DNA of 62,144 bases, the filler included, from Globobulimina sp. (Eukaryota), in NCBI GenBank assembly GCA_003354225.1. It is 24 parts of 24 records of this genome, joined end to end, with 100 filler letters (N's around TTAATTAATTAA, not from the genome) between each part and the next. Parts side by side here need not be neighbours in the genome. Positions count along the whole stretch, not along the records: positions 10,382 to 12,876 come from PIVH01006334.1; positions 12,977 to 15,471 come from PIVH01006335.1; positions 15,572 to 18,066 come from PIVH01006336.1; positions 18,167 to 20,660 come from PIVH01006337.1; positions 20,761 to 23,254 come from PIVH01006338.1; 19 more parts are not named here. One strand, written 5' to 3'. The position numbers were made by a program, and so were the translations under genes. The notes under the pieces are model-generated. The model was not told the DNA's origin. It searched no databases and saw only the letters and a program-made list of their open reading frames with translations. Below, piece by piece: positions 10,486 to 22,892 of the stretch (the first letter of the stretch is position 1; each line of letters starts with the position of its first letter).

Positions 10486-12375
10486 ATGATGAGCCATACA
10501 TGGATTATTACATACACTGAAAATGACAAAAGTTGGGGATTGCCCAACCATACATTGTTGCTTTCAGAATTAAGAAAAAATAAGAAATCTTTAACCATTG
10601 GTGCATGCATTAATATATTGTCAATAAAATATAAGCAGTCCTCTTCATTATATTTGAATAAAATAAATTATAAAAAACAACATACGATTTCGTGGCATAT
10701 TAACAATAACTTATTAAGACAATGGAAATGTGCTCGTACTGGAAAAATGTTTGAAAGTAAAATATTTGATAAGCAGTGGTTGATTGGATGTTATCCCAAT
10801 GGCATAAATGCAGATTCTGCGGGATATCTGACTGTATTCATTCAATTATGCGGATTGCCAGCAACCATAAAACAAATCAAAGTAAACTTCAAAATAAAAT
10901 GTACCCAAAGCAATGACGAGTGGCATGGCACTGACGATTTAAGTTATAATCATTTCAGTTGCTGTGGCTCCATAATTATGAAATCAACCAAAATGAATAA
11001 CTATTCATCCTTGACATTTATAGCTCGTATTGATATTATAAAAGAAGAGGTGGACATTAATGCAATTAACCAGCAAACAGATATTTTGAATGCCAAAATT
11101 GAACAAAATAAATCAGCCATAGAGTTACTACAAAATGAAAATAAGAAATTAAAACAAAATATAAAAACAGTAATGACGCAGAATGACAATAACGACGAAC
11201 TGAGGAAACATAATGATTTATTGACAAAAGCAAATAGTTTATTAGCCCAAGAAAATAATTTATTATCGCAACTAAACGCTAATATCGATCAAGTGAGGAA
11301 AGAAAATGTTTCATTGCTGCAAGAAAACAATTTATTGACGAAAAGAAACCACAAACTCCGCTTTACAGCGTCGACATTAAAACGCATCGCACAAAAGTTG
11401 CAACCTGCTCGTCCCCATAACATTGAATGGAAAAAGACATTGTCGTCGAATGAATTGACAATCCGATCCAAGAAAGCCCAGATATTTCGTATTCAAATCC
11501 AACAGCAACACAAATATGCAAAGTTAGAAGCTGGTCAATATTGTGTGGAGAATAACCCCTCCAATGGCTATAAGTACGGGCAAACAGAACGGGATGGAAT
11601 GAAAAGATTCGTTCAACGCAATCATATCGGGAATGTGAACCCAGACATTGAATATAAAAAAAATAAATTTGCTGCAATGGACAAGATATTATCAACGAGA
11701 AAAATCCAACACTGTAAACATTTGCCTTTACTGATTGGTCAAACCGAGAGTTACGCAAAAGTTAATATTTGTGCTGGTGTTATAATTGGACAATATGTCG
11801 GCGATGAATTGTTAAGAAATGAGTATTATAACATTTATAATTCTACAACGGATGAATTGGATCATTTGACTTTTATGCATGGCGATGTATTGAAAGTAGC
11901 AAAGGGCAGAATTGTAGAGATTTATATTGATGCGTTTGCATCGAATAAAAGCTCCCCTTTGTTGTATATAAATGATGGAAGGAAAGAGATTGGGAAGAAA
12001 GCTAAACGAGGAGACGAAGAAAGAATTAATACGCAGTTTGTAATGGTTTTAGTGAATGGATGGTCGACGATATTGTTAAGGACCACAAAAAAGATCAAAA
12101 AAGGCGATTCGTTGTGGATTCATTATGGTGATCATTATGGATTGGTATTGGATGAACTGGCTTTGATTTATGATCAACGACAGAAAGCAACGCGATCTGT
12201 GCAACAAATATGGGCTTTTATTGGCCATGGAAATACTTCCGATGAACCATTTGATATATTTGATGATGAGAATGAAGTACAACATAATTCAAATAAAAAA
12301 CGTAATAGTTATAATAACAATAACCATAACACAGATAATTCGTCTTCGCCGCGTAAAAGACAACGTGTTTGTTAA
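10486..12375 (+). CDS. MATH domain - coiled coil - SET domain protein
   Basis: MATH: FESKIFDKQWLIGCYPNG...GYLTVFIQLCGLP. Heptad region. SET: IIGQYVGDEL...YINDGR...LRTTKKIKKGDSLWIHYG. A partial second MATH at the N-terminus suggests 5' truncation. Confidence 0.75.
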   Translation: MMSHTWIITYTENDKSWGLPNHTLLLSELRKNKKSLTIGACINILSIKYKQSSSLYLNKINYKKQHTISWHINNNLLRQWKCARTGKMFESKIFDKQWLIGCYPNGINADSAGYLTVFIQLCGLPATIKQIKVNFKIKCTQSNDEWHGTDDLSYNHFSCCGSIIMKSTKMNNYSSLTFIARIDIIKEEVDINAINQQTDILNAKIEQNKSAIELLQNENKKLKQNIKTVMTQNDNNDELRKHNDLLTKANSLLAQENNLLSQLNANIDQVRKENVSLLQENNLLTKRNHKLRFTASTLKRIAQKLQPARPHNIEWKKTLSSNELTIRSKKAQIFRIQIQQQHKYAKLEAGQYCVENNPSNGYKYGQTERDGMKRFVQRNHIGNVNPDIEYKKNKFAAMDKILSTRKIQHCKHLPLLIGQTESYAKVNICAGVIIGQYVGDELLRNEYYNIYNSTTDELDHLTFMHGDVLKVAKGRIVEIYIDAFASNKSSPLLYINDGRKEIGKKAKRGDEERINTQFVMVLVNGWSTILLRTTKKIKKGDSLWIHYGDHYGLVLDELALIYDQRQKATRSVQQIWAFIGHGNTSDEPFDIFDDENEVQHNSNKKRNSYNNNNHNTDNSSSPRKRQRVC

Positions 12376-12386
12376 GTGTTGATTTA

Positions 12387-12416
12387 TTAAAGATTTTCTT
12401 GAAGTAAGCTAGTCAT
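12387..12416. repeat. Solo terminal-inverted-repeat fragment of the 32557-32754 MITE family
   Basis: AAGATTTTCTTGAAGTAAGCTAGTCAT versus AAGATTTTCTTGAAGTGAACTAGTCAT. Confidence 0.75.
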
Positions 12417-12460
12417 TCTTTAAAAACAACAGTATCTTTGTGCTCGTTCTCTTGACAAAA

Positions 12461-12876
12461 ATGGCAGTTCTTTTTTTGTTGACTTTTTTTTTGGTTTGTA
12501 AGAATTGCATTTGTGAGCCATATCCAATATATCATGCATCAGGAACGTACTATGAAGTTGGGTTTCAAATTGGAGAACAAGCAAAAGACAGAATATTACA
12601 GTTTATTGATATTTATCCAGATATGGATACCCTTCGACAATATGTAGCAACGTCAAATGGTGATAATGAATTTTCAAATCTGAGATCATATAATCATGCA
12701 TTATATGAAAATTATTTTGATGAATTACGAGGAATATCAGATGGATCAGGTGCTAATTATACAGATGTATTATTAATAAATTTTGAATATGAATTAGATG
12801 CATTGATGGCAATGAGCAATTTTTCAATGGGCACTCGTTTAAGAAATGCTATGGATTCATGTTCTGATTTATATGT
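12461..12876 (+). CDS. Secreted peptidase C45 family Ntn-hydrolase (3' partial)
   Basis: Signal peptide; SGTYYEVGFQIG, YFDELRGISDGSG, LLINFEYEL; SCSD nucleophile site at the contig end. Confidence 0.75.
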
Positions 12877-12976
12877 NNNNNNNNNNNNNNNNNNNNNNNN
12901 NNNNNNNNNNNNNNNNNNNNTTAATTAATTAANNNNNNNNNNNNNNNNNNNNNNNNNNNNNNNNNNNNNNNNNNNN

Positions 12977-13463
12977 ATTGTTGGTAGATTTTCAAATATG
13001 TTTTATACGCAATTTTATACAGAGTTTGATGGGTTTAATCAAGCCATTCAGGACAAGAGTTATAGCCCAAAGCCGTGATGGTGTTTGTAACGTGCGTTTA
13101 TTTTGTTTGTTTATTTAAGGATAAAAAAATACTGTTTCTGTGCAAGGATAATTTAATTATAAATTTATTTAGATTAACAATAATTTACAAAATAACAATT
13201 TGTGTTGTTTGTAGTGGTGAATGGTGATAATGGACTGCACTACGCCATCATCACAATCCTCAAACATTTCATTTCCTATTTTTCCATCCAATTCATCCAA
13301 TTTATTACCACCAAATACATTTTTATCATATATTTAAATCATATCGCCTCTTTCGATTGTTTTTCGGCTTTGGGCTATAACTCTTGTCCTGAATGGCTTG
13401 ATTAAACCCATCAAACTCTGTATAAAATTGCGTATAAAACATATTTGAAAATCTACCAACAAT
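12977..13463. repeat. Perfect 99-bp inverted duplication at contig start (arms 12977-13075 and 13365-13463)
   Basis: Arms are exact reverse complements; one arm runs off the contig end. Confidence 0.9.
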
Positions 13464-14215
13464 GCCGCCATATCATATGCATTGTATGCATTATTATGAT
13501 TATCCTCTTTAAATGAGCCAAACCAAACATATGCTTTAATATCTTGTGCCTTTCTATCGCTTGCCAGGACCACCAAATCTGAACAGCTGTGGGCATCAAA
13601 AGAAACAATAACCAGGTCCTGTAGTGGTGATACTGACATCCAGCGAATTATTAGTATCATTCCAACACTTTGTATTAAATTGTTTTGCCGTCGCATTATA
13701 TAAACTTGCTTCTTTGGTTTGGGATCGCTTCAGGATTTGAACCTGAATCTTCTGGATGTATCCATCCATTCCAGTGCTCTTCTTGAGCTAAGCGATACTT
13801 TCTAACACGTCTTATTCTAAAGTATATTATTAGGTGCCATTGATCGCACATTGTTACTTACAGAGTGAAGCAGTCAAATGTTAGTGAAAATAGAAAATTT
13901 AAATGTTGATTCATTAAATGAACTAAAAGCAAAAACTCTATTGGGTTTGCAAAGTGAATACAAACTGTACATTTGCAATTGGTTTTTCGTAAACCCAATG
14001 CAAACTTTATATTGATCGATATGTAATTATGTATACAAATGGATGGGTTGGTTATCTAACCAGGGGGTTATGTATCAAAAAAAAAGTGTTTCTAGTCTCG
14101 ATTGTCAAATCGTCGTTCCCAAAAACGTAAACGAAGTGAGCCTTCGTGTTGCTGAAGTACTCTATACAATATTACACATACCAAATTACGACAATATAGA
14201 TATCAGCTTCTCAAA

Positions 14216-15471
14216 ATGAGAATATCTCTGATTACTATTACTTTAGCATTGTTGTTTAAGAAAAATGTGTCGTATTCAGCCTGTGATGAAGTGAATGTAA
14301 TATTTTTAATTGACACTTCATCGATTAAATATAACGGGGATGCCGTTATTAATTTTATTGCTAAAATTGCAGCTGATGGTACCAGTGAATTTACAGGATT
14401 CAGTGCAGTTGTTTATGGTGATATTGTACCAAATAATATGGAAATTAATTTAATTACATTGGTCGAATCCTGGCCAATTACTGACCGACAAAAACAAGAA
14501 ACAAAAATTAGAGATAGATTAGAAACGAAATTTACAAAAATTGCAACATCAAATGGTGATAATGTCAAATCAATTGGATTAATGGAAGCATTCGATGCAG
14601 CTAATTCACAAGAAACAGGTACTAAAAAGCATCACACTGCAAATTATATAGGTGCTGGTTTACACGATGATGAAGATGAATATTTCATATTTGATTATAA
14701 CAACTTATTAATTGATGCTGAGACATCGGATATTTGTCAAATATTAAAGCACGTTGAAACTACAAAAAATGATGAAACTGTGCATATTTTATTTGGGCAA
14801 ATTGCGAACTTAGATGTCATTCCCAAATGACTTGAAAATATTTGTAATTCGAAAACGATTGACATAACAACGTTTTTTAATTTTGGTGATATTATTTCTG
14901 AAGAAGGTCGATTTGATGGTAAGCAGATGGAATTAATATACAGTGTGACCTGTCCATCTGAGGTAGACGCCTCATATGAATTCGGCCCAGACAGCCATAT
15001 GTATTTAGGTAATCATGTTCAATGGCTCGACCCAGAGACAGTAATTGAATGTGTATTAATTGATGCTGATGACGATCCTTATACTCCTGAACTAAGTGCA
15101 AATTCATATATTTTAATTAATGATGTTATTGGCGATGATAATACATTTAAGAAAAATGATTATTTGTTAACTAGCAAAGAAGTGTTAAGAGAATTAGCAA
15201 CAAAAGTGCCTTCCTGTTGTGGTTTAATGCCTGTTAAAATATATAAAATTATAAATGATAATAATTATAATGAAATTTTAGATGACAGTTATGTAACACG
15301 CCGATTATATGTCAGAATACCACGAGTTCCATGGGAATATATATGGAAATCACATGTAAGCGGCCAAATAGATACATCACAGGAAGAACTATGTGTTGCT
15401 GCAGAGGATGGAAATAATTATCGAAGATTAAGAAAAGCTGAGAAAAGCTCTGGAACACGAGGATGTAAGCA
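14216..15471 (+). CDS. Secreted vWA-like protein with an in-frame TGA at 14828-14830 (3' partial; possible pseudogene)
   Basis: Signal peptide; VNVIFLIDTSS (MIDAS-like strand), FSAVVYGD. ORFs 14216 and 14927 share a frame and are separated by only one stop. Confidence 0.55.
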
Positions 15472-15571
15472 NNNNNNNNNNNNNNNNNNNNNNNNNNNNN
15501 NNNNNNNNNNNNNNNTTAATTAATTAANNNNNNNNNNNNNNNNNNNNNNNNNNNNNNNNNNNNNNNNNNNN

Positions 15572-16922
15572 CTCCGGATACGCGCTACGATGAGACACCC
15601 GATACGCGCTACGAACAGACGCCGGAGGTAAGGTCGCCAGAGACCGAGTTTGACGATGAGACGGTGCGCAGTTCGGTGACCTATGATGAGAGTGAAGGGG
15701 ATGGCGACGCTTCCGATGAATCGGAGGGTCGGTTGGATGATGAAGGTGCGTTTCTGTTCTCTGTTTTGTATATTTCGTTGCTGTATAAATAATGCAATCG
15801 TCAGGTAACACTACGCCGTGTTGGTCATCGTCAGACAACTCTGAATATTCCAATTCCCAACACACGCGGGAAAGTTATACATATTCCGACGACGACTCAG
15901 AGTCCGATACGCACACAACGCCAAAACCGGAAACCCCTAAAATACGCAAAAAGAAAAAGCGAAAACGTAAACAAAAAAATGTTCGTCCACCAAAAAAAAT
16001 ATCCCATCCACATCCCCCACCGCCAAACCATAAGAATAAAAAAGTGAGCACACGTACACATAGACGCAAATCCAACAACCAAAAAAATGTAAATCCGAAT
16101 CCTAATCCGAACCCAAATCCGAACCTAGGGGCCCCAGCCCAGGGGGGTTACTACAGTGGTGGCAGTGCGCATGCTCACAATCAGCATGTCTTCCCCGTCT
16201 CGTCTCGCAGTCAGCCGTCGCAACCGCACCATCAGCACAACTCTTCCATGCCCACTATGCATGCGCAGATAAACCGGCACAGTGTGAAAGCGCCACTGCC
16301 AAACATAAGTGCAGTGCCGCCACGGCAGCATGGCAACCTGCGCTATAATGAATATATGGTGCCGCAATTAGATAATTGGGAGGCGCTACAACAGCAACAC
16401 CAAAAACAGCAACTACGGCAAGTGCAAAAAAAAGCCGTGGAGCCCATAAATATACAAAATAACCCATATTTAGACCAACAATATTTAATACAGCAACAAC
16501 GTACACAACACCAACAATTCCAAGACTATAACAATGCGTATCAGAACAACAATAATCAGATCAAATATCAACAACGGCCACTGCGACAAGCGCCGCCTGC
16601 ACAGATTAAGTATCACCATAAGCAATATTTCAGTGATAATGCAAATTATACGCAACCGGCACAGCCACCACATCCGCAAAGACAGCGGCAAGCACAGCAA
16701 CAGCAACAGCGACAGATACAGTTACAACACCATCAACAGCAGAGACATAAAGCGAGGAAACCGGGCGCTAATAAATCGCAGAAAGTATATGTTGCGCCCA
16801 AAGGCGGACGGAGAAGTTATAATAAATTGCATAAAAGTGCGAAAAATATACAAATATTTAATGTTCCCGTAAAACAAAATAATATGACATATATTGCTAA
16901 TTATCGACGCGATGATATGTAA
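15572..16922 (+). CDS. Low-complexity Gln/Pro/His-rich protein with NLS-like basic tract (5' partial)
   Basis: Acidic upstream exon, intron ~15746-15804, then 376-aa ORF with KKKKRKRK, NPNPNP and poly-Q. Confidence 0.6.
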
Positions 16923-17267
16923 ATTGTTATGGTTCCTAATTAATAGCTTTTTTTTTCATTAATTGATTTTTCTTTAATTGTATTTAATTTTATTAATTTT
17001 TTGCTTGTTTACAGGATCAATTGACCTTCTGTCTCGATCTTTTTTTTTTCATTTTTTGTTTCAATGTACTGCACGATATCGATTCAACAGATTTTTTGGT
17101 TTCGGCTTTTTTCTGTTTTTTTGTTTGCTTTTATGTTGTGTACATATAATCGCGTTTTTTATGACTGATTAATGCAATTTAAACGTCTACTTACAAATTG
17201 ATTTCTTAGTGTTTTGAAGACATAGGAAAAACAGCGAACTGAGCGAAGTCTTACTTCAAAACAACTA

Positions 17268-18066
17268 TCAAATTTCTTGTTTCAAAGGTGGCTCTGAGAA
17301 GCACTCGTTTGCAGTGTCTGCACAAGGATATTCATCATACGTTTGAAATCGTGTCGTATCGCCAGCCTCTGCAATAGGTACACAAGCGCACCTTGTCCTT
17401 CCTTTTCCGCCCAATGTAGGATCTAAAAATTTCCTTGGCACACCGCTCCATCCTCTATCAATACCACCTGACTTATCACTGCACCACACTCGGTTTCTCA
17501 CTTTGGTGCCACTCTGCGAATTGCAACGTGGATATTTCTTACCCATATCCTCCTGTTGCTTTTTTGCTAAATATCCCTCCAATATCAACTCTTCCACTTT
17601 GTTACGATTTGCTGTTGGTTTGCCTTCAGAGTCATAATAAAATCCCTTTGTTTGTTATCAATATACACATCATTTTAACGTCGAGCAATATATTTTAACT
17701 ATGAGCTTGCCAACAGGCGTATAATCTGAACGGTAAAATGTCATCCAATCATAGATAGATATCACTTGACCTGGATTTAAGTCTGTAATGTCTGGAATTA
17801 ATTCTTTCTCCGTAAATCCTCCCACAGCAAATGCTCGGGAACCATCTTTTGCAGTGAACCCATTGTAATGTCCAGCATCAGGACCATAATAATTTTTACC
17901 TTTTGTTACATCAAATACTTCGCCAATCACTGTTAAGTAAATCTTAGGGTTTTTGACACCATCATATTGAGATAGTTCCTCTTCAGTGAACATTGTAACT
18001 TTCTGTGGGATGTATTTTTAGATGCATTTGATATCAAATATACATACACCATACAGTGTCATCCTC
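17268..18066 (-). CDS. CYB5D2: Neuferricin-like cytochrome b5 heme/steroid-binding (MAPR) protein (5' partial)
   Basis: FTEEELSQYDG...IYLTVIGEVFDVTKGKNYYG...Y..F..KDGSRAF; C-terminal YPRCNS...VWCS..SGGIDRGWSGVPRK...RCACV. Intron 17646-17699. Confidence 0.85.
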
Positions 18067-18334
18067 NNNNNNNNNNNNNNNNNNNNNNNNNNNNNNNNNN
18101 NNNNNNNNNNTTAATTAATTAANNNNNNNNNNNNNNNNNNNNNNNNNNNNNNNNNNNNNNNNNNNNATATTTGTATTGAAATAATGAGCACATTTGGAAA
18201 AATAACCAAAAACAAGGAATTGGACCAAAATAATTTGACGACTTGCAGCCAGTTCTGGGCAAATCCGTCTCCTGTAGTCGCCCTTCGACTTTAGAAAAAA
18301 TTAAAAAGTTTTCAACAATATCTGCTTTACTTCA

Positions 18335-19548
18335 ATGAAACATACATCGGACACACATTCTCGATTCGAACATATAAATCCCGATGAAATCGAACAACTT
18401 ATCACACCCTCAATTGTGATAGACTCAGATAGCAAAACAGTAACAGATGGCAAGAATGGAATATTATTAGACGCAGACACAAATTTAGATGAATCCCAAT
18501 ATAAATTAGGAGCAGATACATTTGCCGGCGCATCAATGATAATAATTGGAACAACAATGTATGGCATATTTGGTATACTATCACGTTTATCAATGCTTGG
18601 TAATAAGTCAACACCCTATCAATCCGCGGCAGCAATGGTCGTTGCAGAATTTGCCAAATTTATTATATCAATAATATTATCATTAACTAACCAAGGCATC
18701 GGAAAATGTATTCATTCATTAAAATCAATACAAATCAATGAATGTTTATTATTTTCTATTCCAGCGATATTATATTCCATTACAAACAATCTCTCTTTTT
18801 ATATTCTACAATATATGGATCCTGGTTCCATGCAAGTTAATTTTCATTTTGTTTCTTTATTTGTTAAAGTTTATTATTTTACAGCATCATACTTAAAAAG
18901 GTTTTGGTTGAAACAAAAATCGTCACAACAGCACTTTTATGTTGGTGGTGGTTTAAAACCCCAATGGATACACAACAGTGGATATCATTGATATTATTAT
19001 GTGCTGGATCAGTATGTGTTGCATTGCCGGATATAAATGACATAAACAATGCATATTCAACTGAGAACAAAATGCATTCCATGTATGTAGAATGGCCAAT
19101 TGGTCCATGTTTGGTTGCAATACAAATCTGTTTATCAGCGATAACTTATGTTTATACGGAATGGATATATAAAAGATTTGGCAGAAACAGATCTGTTCAT
19201 AGTGATAATTTATCAATGTATTTCTGGGGTATATTAAGTAATGGATTGCAATTCTTTTACATGAATAAAGATAAAAATCCACAAACACATTATTTGCTGT
19301 ACGGATTTAATTATTGGACATGGCTTGTAATTCTTGTGTATATTATAAATGGATTATGTATTGAACAGATCATACAATATTTTAGTAATGGTGTTAACTT
19401 GTTTATCAATGCCTTTTCTATATTGTTCGCTGGATGTCTAACATGGAGTATATTTGGATTAAATTGGACTGTCTCATATCTGATTGGATTAATACTGGTT
19501 ATTATTGCTGTCTCATTGCATAAATCGCTCAAGAAATGCGTTGCTTAA
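18335..19548 (+). CDS. Nucleotide-sugar transporter, SLC35A family
   Basis: AEFAKF, FSIPAILYSITNNL, QVLVETKIVTTA, QWISLILL, VYTEWIYK. Intron 18836-18900 joins the two ORFs. Confidence 0.88.
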
Positions 19549-19608
19549 CATTTACTGATAAAAACCTCGTTTATTTTACTACTCAGCCTGAAAACTTTAC
19601 AACCGACA

Positions 19609-20660
19609 TTGTCAATGGCAGTCTCACTCACAAACAAAGTCCAAAATCTCATTGATTACATTGCAAGCGGACACGACGATGAATTGGATGACGAGAAAAA
19701 ACAAGAAAGACCACCACCACCACAGCCACCTATCGCTGCAACAAAAACAAAAACAAAAATCGTAGTGCTTGGTTGTGGTTTAGTAGTTCCGCCATTAATT
19801 GAAGTTCAGTTACAATTTCTAGAAATGTCATACACGCACAACACCGACACAAATATAAACAGTATTTAAATTTCTACGGCTACCAAATCATTATTGCAAC
19901 GCGATCAGTGTCCAAAGCAGACCCAATCATAAAAAAAGTAACAAATCCACGATTAATACGTGTCGAAAAATTAGACATCGCCTCGCCTGAAAGCGACAAA
20001 GTTTTGCATCGTTTATGTGTCGAAGGCGACATAATTGTGTCATTATTACCATATATTTACCACGTCAAAGCAGCCAAAATTGCGCTGAAATATGGCAAAC
20101 ATTTTTGTACATCCTCGTATATATCGGATGCAATGTTGGCGTTGGATGCTGAGGTCAGAGAGAAGAAACTGCTATTTTTAAATGAATGTGGTGTGGATCC
20201 AGGCTTAGACCATATGTCTGCGCAGAAAATCATCGACGATGTACACGCCGAAAACGGTAAAATTGTGGAATTTTATTCCATTTGCGGTGGCCTCCCAGCC
20301 CCGGAATGCAATGACAACCCATTTGGATATAAATTTAGTTGGGCTCCCAGAGGAGTTTTATTAGCCAGCAAAAACTCTGCAAAACAGCTCATCGACAATG
20401 ATATTGTAGAGATTCCAGGCATTGACTTATTCGCGAAAGCCAACGTATATAACGAGAAATTGAAGCTCATCGGAGATGTGGAATGGTATTATAATCGTGA
20501 TTCGGTCAAATATATCGACATCTATGGCGTCCAAGAAGTCTCCACTATGATCCGAGTTAAGTTGACATGGTCACATTGCAAAATTAAAAAAAAAAAAACA
20601 TTTTCAGTCAAGTAAGGTCTTTACTCGCATCATCTTAAACAATGGAAAACAGCTCAGCTC
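19609..20660 (+). CDS. Saccharopine dehydrogenase (NADP+, glutamate-forming; Lys9/AASS-SDH type), 3' partial
   Basis: KIVVLGCGLVVPP Rossmann motif, VSLLPY, TSSYIS, NECGVDPGLDHM, SICGGLPAPE, NPFGYKFSWAPRG, YYNRDS. Introns 19804-19862 and from 20556. Confidence 0.92.
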
Positions 20661-20760
20661 NNNNNNNNNNNNNNNNNNNNNNNNNNNNNNNNNNNNNNNN
20701 NNNNTTAATTAATTAANNNNNNNNNNNNNNNNNNNNNNNNNNNNNNNNNNNNNNNNNNNN

Positions 20761-21439
20761 TAAATAATAGCAATATTTCACTCATTTTATCCAATTTTAA
20801 TGCTTGAATCAGATCATTGCCATTCCCTTGTTGTGTTTGTTTGATATTACAACACTCCCTTCTTGTCAGTGTTGTGTTAAATGTTTTGTCCGTATCCAAC
20901 CACTCGAATAATTCATGCGTGCTCATTTTCGATATGCATACATTATTATTTTCTACCTTTCCTACCTTTCCTACATTTTCTGTACTTTCTACATCTATGT
21001 TTTCTGTAATTGATGGTGATGGTAATGTAGGTTCTGGAACCTCTGCATTATTTATTTGCAACTCATCCAAATGTTTATCTATTTCATTTAGTAAAAGCGT
21101 GCCATTTTTCATTTGAGCGTATTTTAATAAATTTGTGATTTTCTCGTCATCAATGTTTACATCATTGATATTCTTTTTTTTTAATTTTTCCTCAATTTTA
21201 TCAATAACCTCATAATGAACCGGCTCAAATTCCGACATAAAATCTTTAAAATCGTCAAACAGTAAATTATCTTTTTTTGTTTCCCATTTTGCGTCAAATA
21301 CTAATTTCAAGACTTGAGTTACAAAGTCCTCGTTATATTTATAGTCCATTGATTGCACCGCATACGTAAATAGATGGGCATTTAAGTGGCCATCGCCATC
21401 CTTATCATATTTATTAAATATCCTTTTCATTTCAGCCAT
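20761..21439 (-). CDS. EF-hand calcium-binding protein (partial)
   Basis: IFNKYDKDGDGHLN EF-loop followed by a degenerate second EF-hand. Confidence 0.65.
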
Positions 21440-21687
21440 TTCCTCTGCTGAATATCCTACATTCTACAAAATCGCAATTTTATTAGATTAAATTCATAAG
21501 AAACAATCAAAAATATACATACCGACTCTGTGGGCGATGATATCGATGTCATATGGACTGTATGTTTTTGTCTCAGCCTGGAGAAGATTTTAGAAACAAT
21601 GGAAGGAATGCAGTTAAGTCAGAAGTTGAGAGGTTGGGATGTTCAGAAGTTTGTGGAGAATTTAATAATTCAACTTCCGAACCTTTA

Positions 21688-21818
21688 TTATAACTAATGT
21701 CCCAAATTTTATTCATATCTCTGAAACTGCCAATTTTCACGACTGGTTCAAAATTTATCTTTTTTCAACTATGAGAAATGAGATAAATTAATGAAATATT
21801 TTGGGACATTAGTTATAA
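21688..21818. mobile_element. Putative MITE, 19-bp terminal inverted repeats
   Basis: TTATAACTAATGTCCCAAA (21688-21706) / TTTGGGACATTAGTTATAA (21800-21818), non-coding interior. Confidence 0.6.
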
Positions 21819-21861
21819 GGACAGTAATGTACAATGTTTTATGTCTAAGTGTTATCATTCT

Positions 21862-22413
21862 CTATGTGAGGAAAAGTGTTTGATATAATTTTCTAAATTC
21901 GTTTCTTATCCCAATGGCTGGTATCAAATCACTCCAATCTTCCTCTGTCAAATCATTTAATCGATCATCTGTAACTTTATTTTTCCTGAACATTTCAAGT
22001 GTTTTTACATTATTTTTATCGATTCTTGTTAATGTTTTAGTAATCCATTCATATTTTATACCGTCATCATCGCTGTTACTGTAACTATTTGATAATTGAG
22101 TATCGCTGATAATTTCTAATACTTTAGACAATGTATGAGACAATCTTCTTAATTCGTGCTTGCTTTTGTTTTGTAATTTTGCACAAATTTCTTTCCGTAA
22201 ATGTTCAGTGATACTCTCTTCTTCAACATCAGATTGAGTTTGTTTATCCTTTGTTAAAGTTCCATCATACCATTCATTATCATATTCATCATCATCATCA
22301 TTAACACACTTTTCATCATCATCATTATCCTCAACGTCACTATTGTCAATATTTAGATCTCTGTTGTCATTAACTGGTGATAATGGTGGTGTTAATGTTG
22401 GTATTATTTTCAA
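21862..22413 (-). CDS. SAM-domain protein, C-terminal exon
   Basis: YEWI...LEMFRKNKVTDDRLNDLTEEDWSDLIPAIGIRNEF matches the SAM consensus. Confidence 0.7.
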   Translation of the reverse strand: MKIIPTLTPPLSPVNDNRDLNIDNSDVEDNDDDEKCVNDDDDEYDNEWYDGTLTKDKQTQSDVEEESITEHLRKEICAKLQNKSKHELRRLSHTLSKVLEIISDTQLSNSYSNSDDDGIKYEWITKTLTRIDKNNVKTLEMFRKNKVTDDRLNDLTEEDWSDLIPAIGIRNEFRKLYQTLFLT

Positions 22414-22748
22414 AGAGTGTTTCTTAGAATGTAATGAACTGTGTCATTAGAATATGTATTAGATTTATTTTAACATTTTAAAAAGAAACATAACTTTCCA
22501 GTGACAGTCAATTGGAATTCAAATTGTTGCGGTGACTCAGATAATTTGCGTTTTTTGGTACTATTTCTCCATAAAACAACACAACAAATTATAAAACAAA
22601 TAATAACTTATAACACAGATATTGATATGTACAGATATGGCAGTTTCATGGTGTATGCAAATATTTTGTCGTTGAATGAGCTTTGTTGAACACTATGATA
22701 TGTGCTAGAAACCAATAATTTGTTTGTTGTGTTCATACGTGGTAGCTA

Positions 22749-22892
22749 TAGATTAGTCGATGACGTACATTACCAAAGATCTTTTCAATGCAATAAATTC
22801 TCCTGATGACTAGGATTAAAACAGCTTCGTATAAACGTTACTATCATTACAACTTATCCAACATAATAGTCGTAACGTTATCGACTAATCTA
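22749..22892. mobile_element. Putative MITE, 18-bp terminal inverted repeats with TA ends
   Basis: TAGATTAGTCGATGACGT / ACGTTATCGACTAATCTA (1 mismatch). Confidence 0.5.

Noticed and set aside
10382-10490. Minus-strand HTAIRWNS resembling the hAT transposase TRWNS motif
   Set aside because: About 35 codons at a contig edge; too short to support.
12977-13463. 99-bp perfect inverted repeat as a transposon TIR or hairpin RNA
   Set aside because: 100% identical arms running off the contig end fit a whole-genome-amplification inversion chimera; no TSD visible.
13334-13696. 120-aa minus-strand ORF
   Set aside because: No recognisable motif, overlaps the likely chimeric inversion, and other frames are interrupted by stops.
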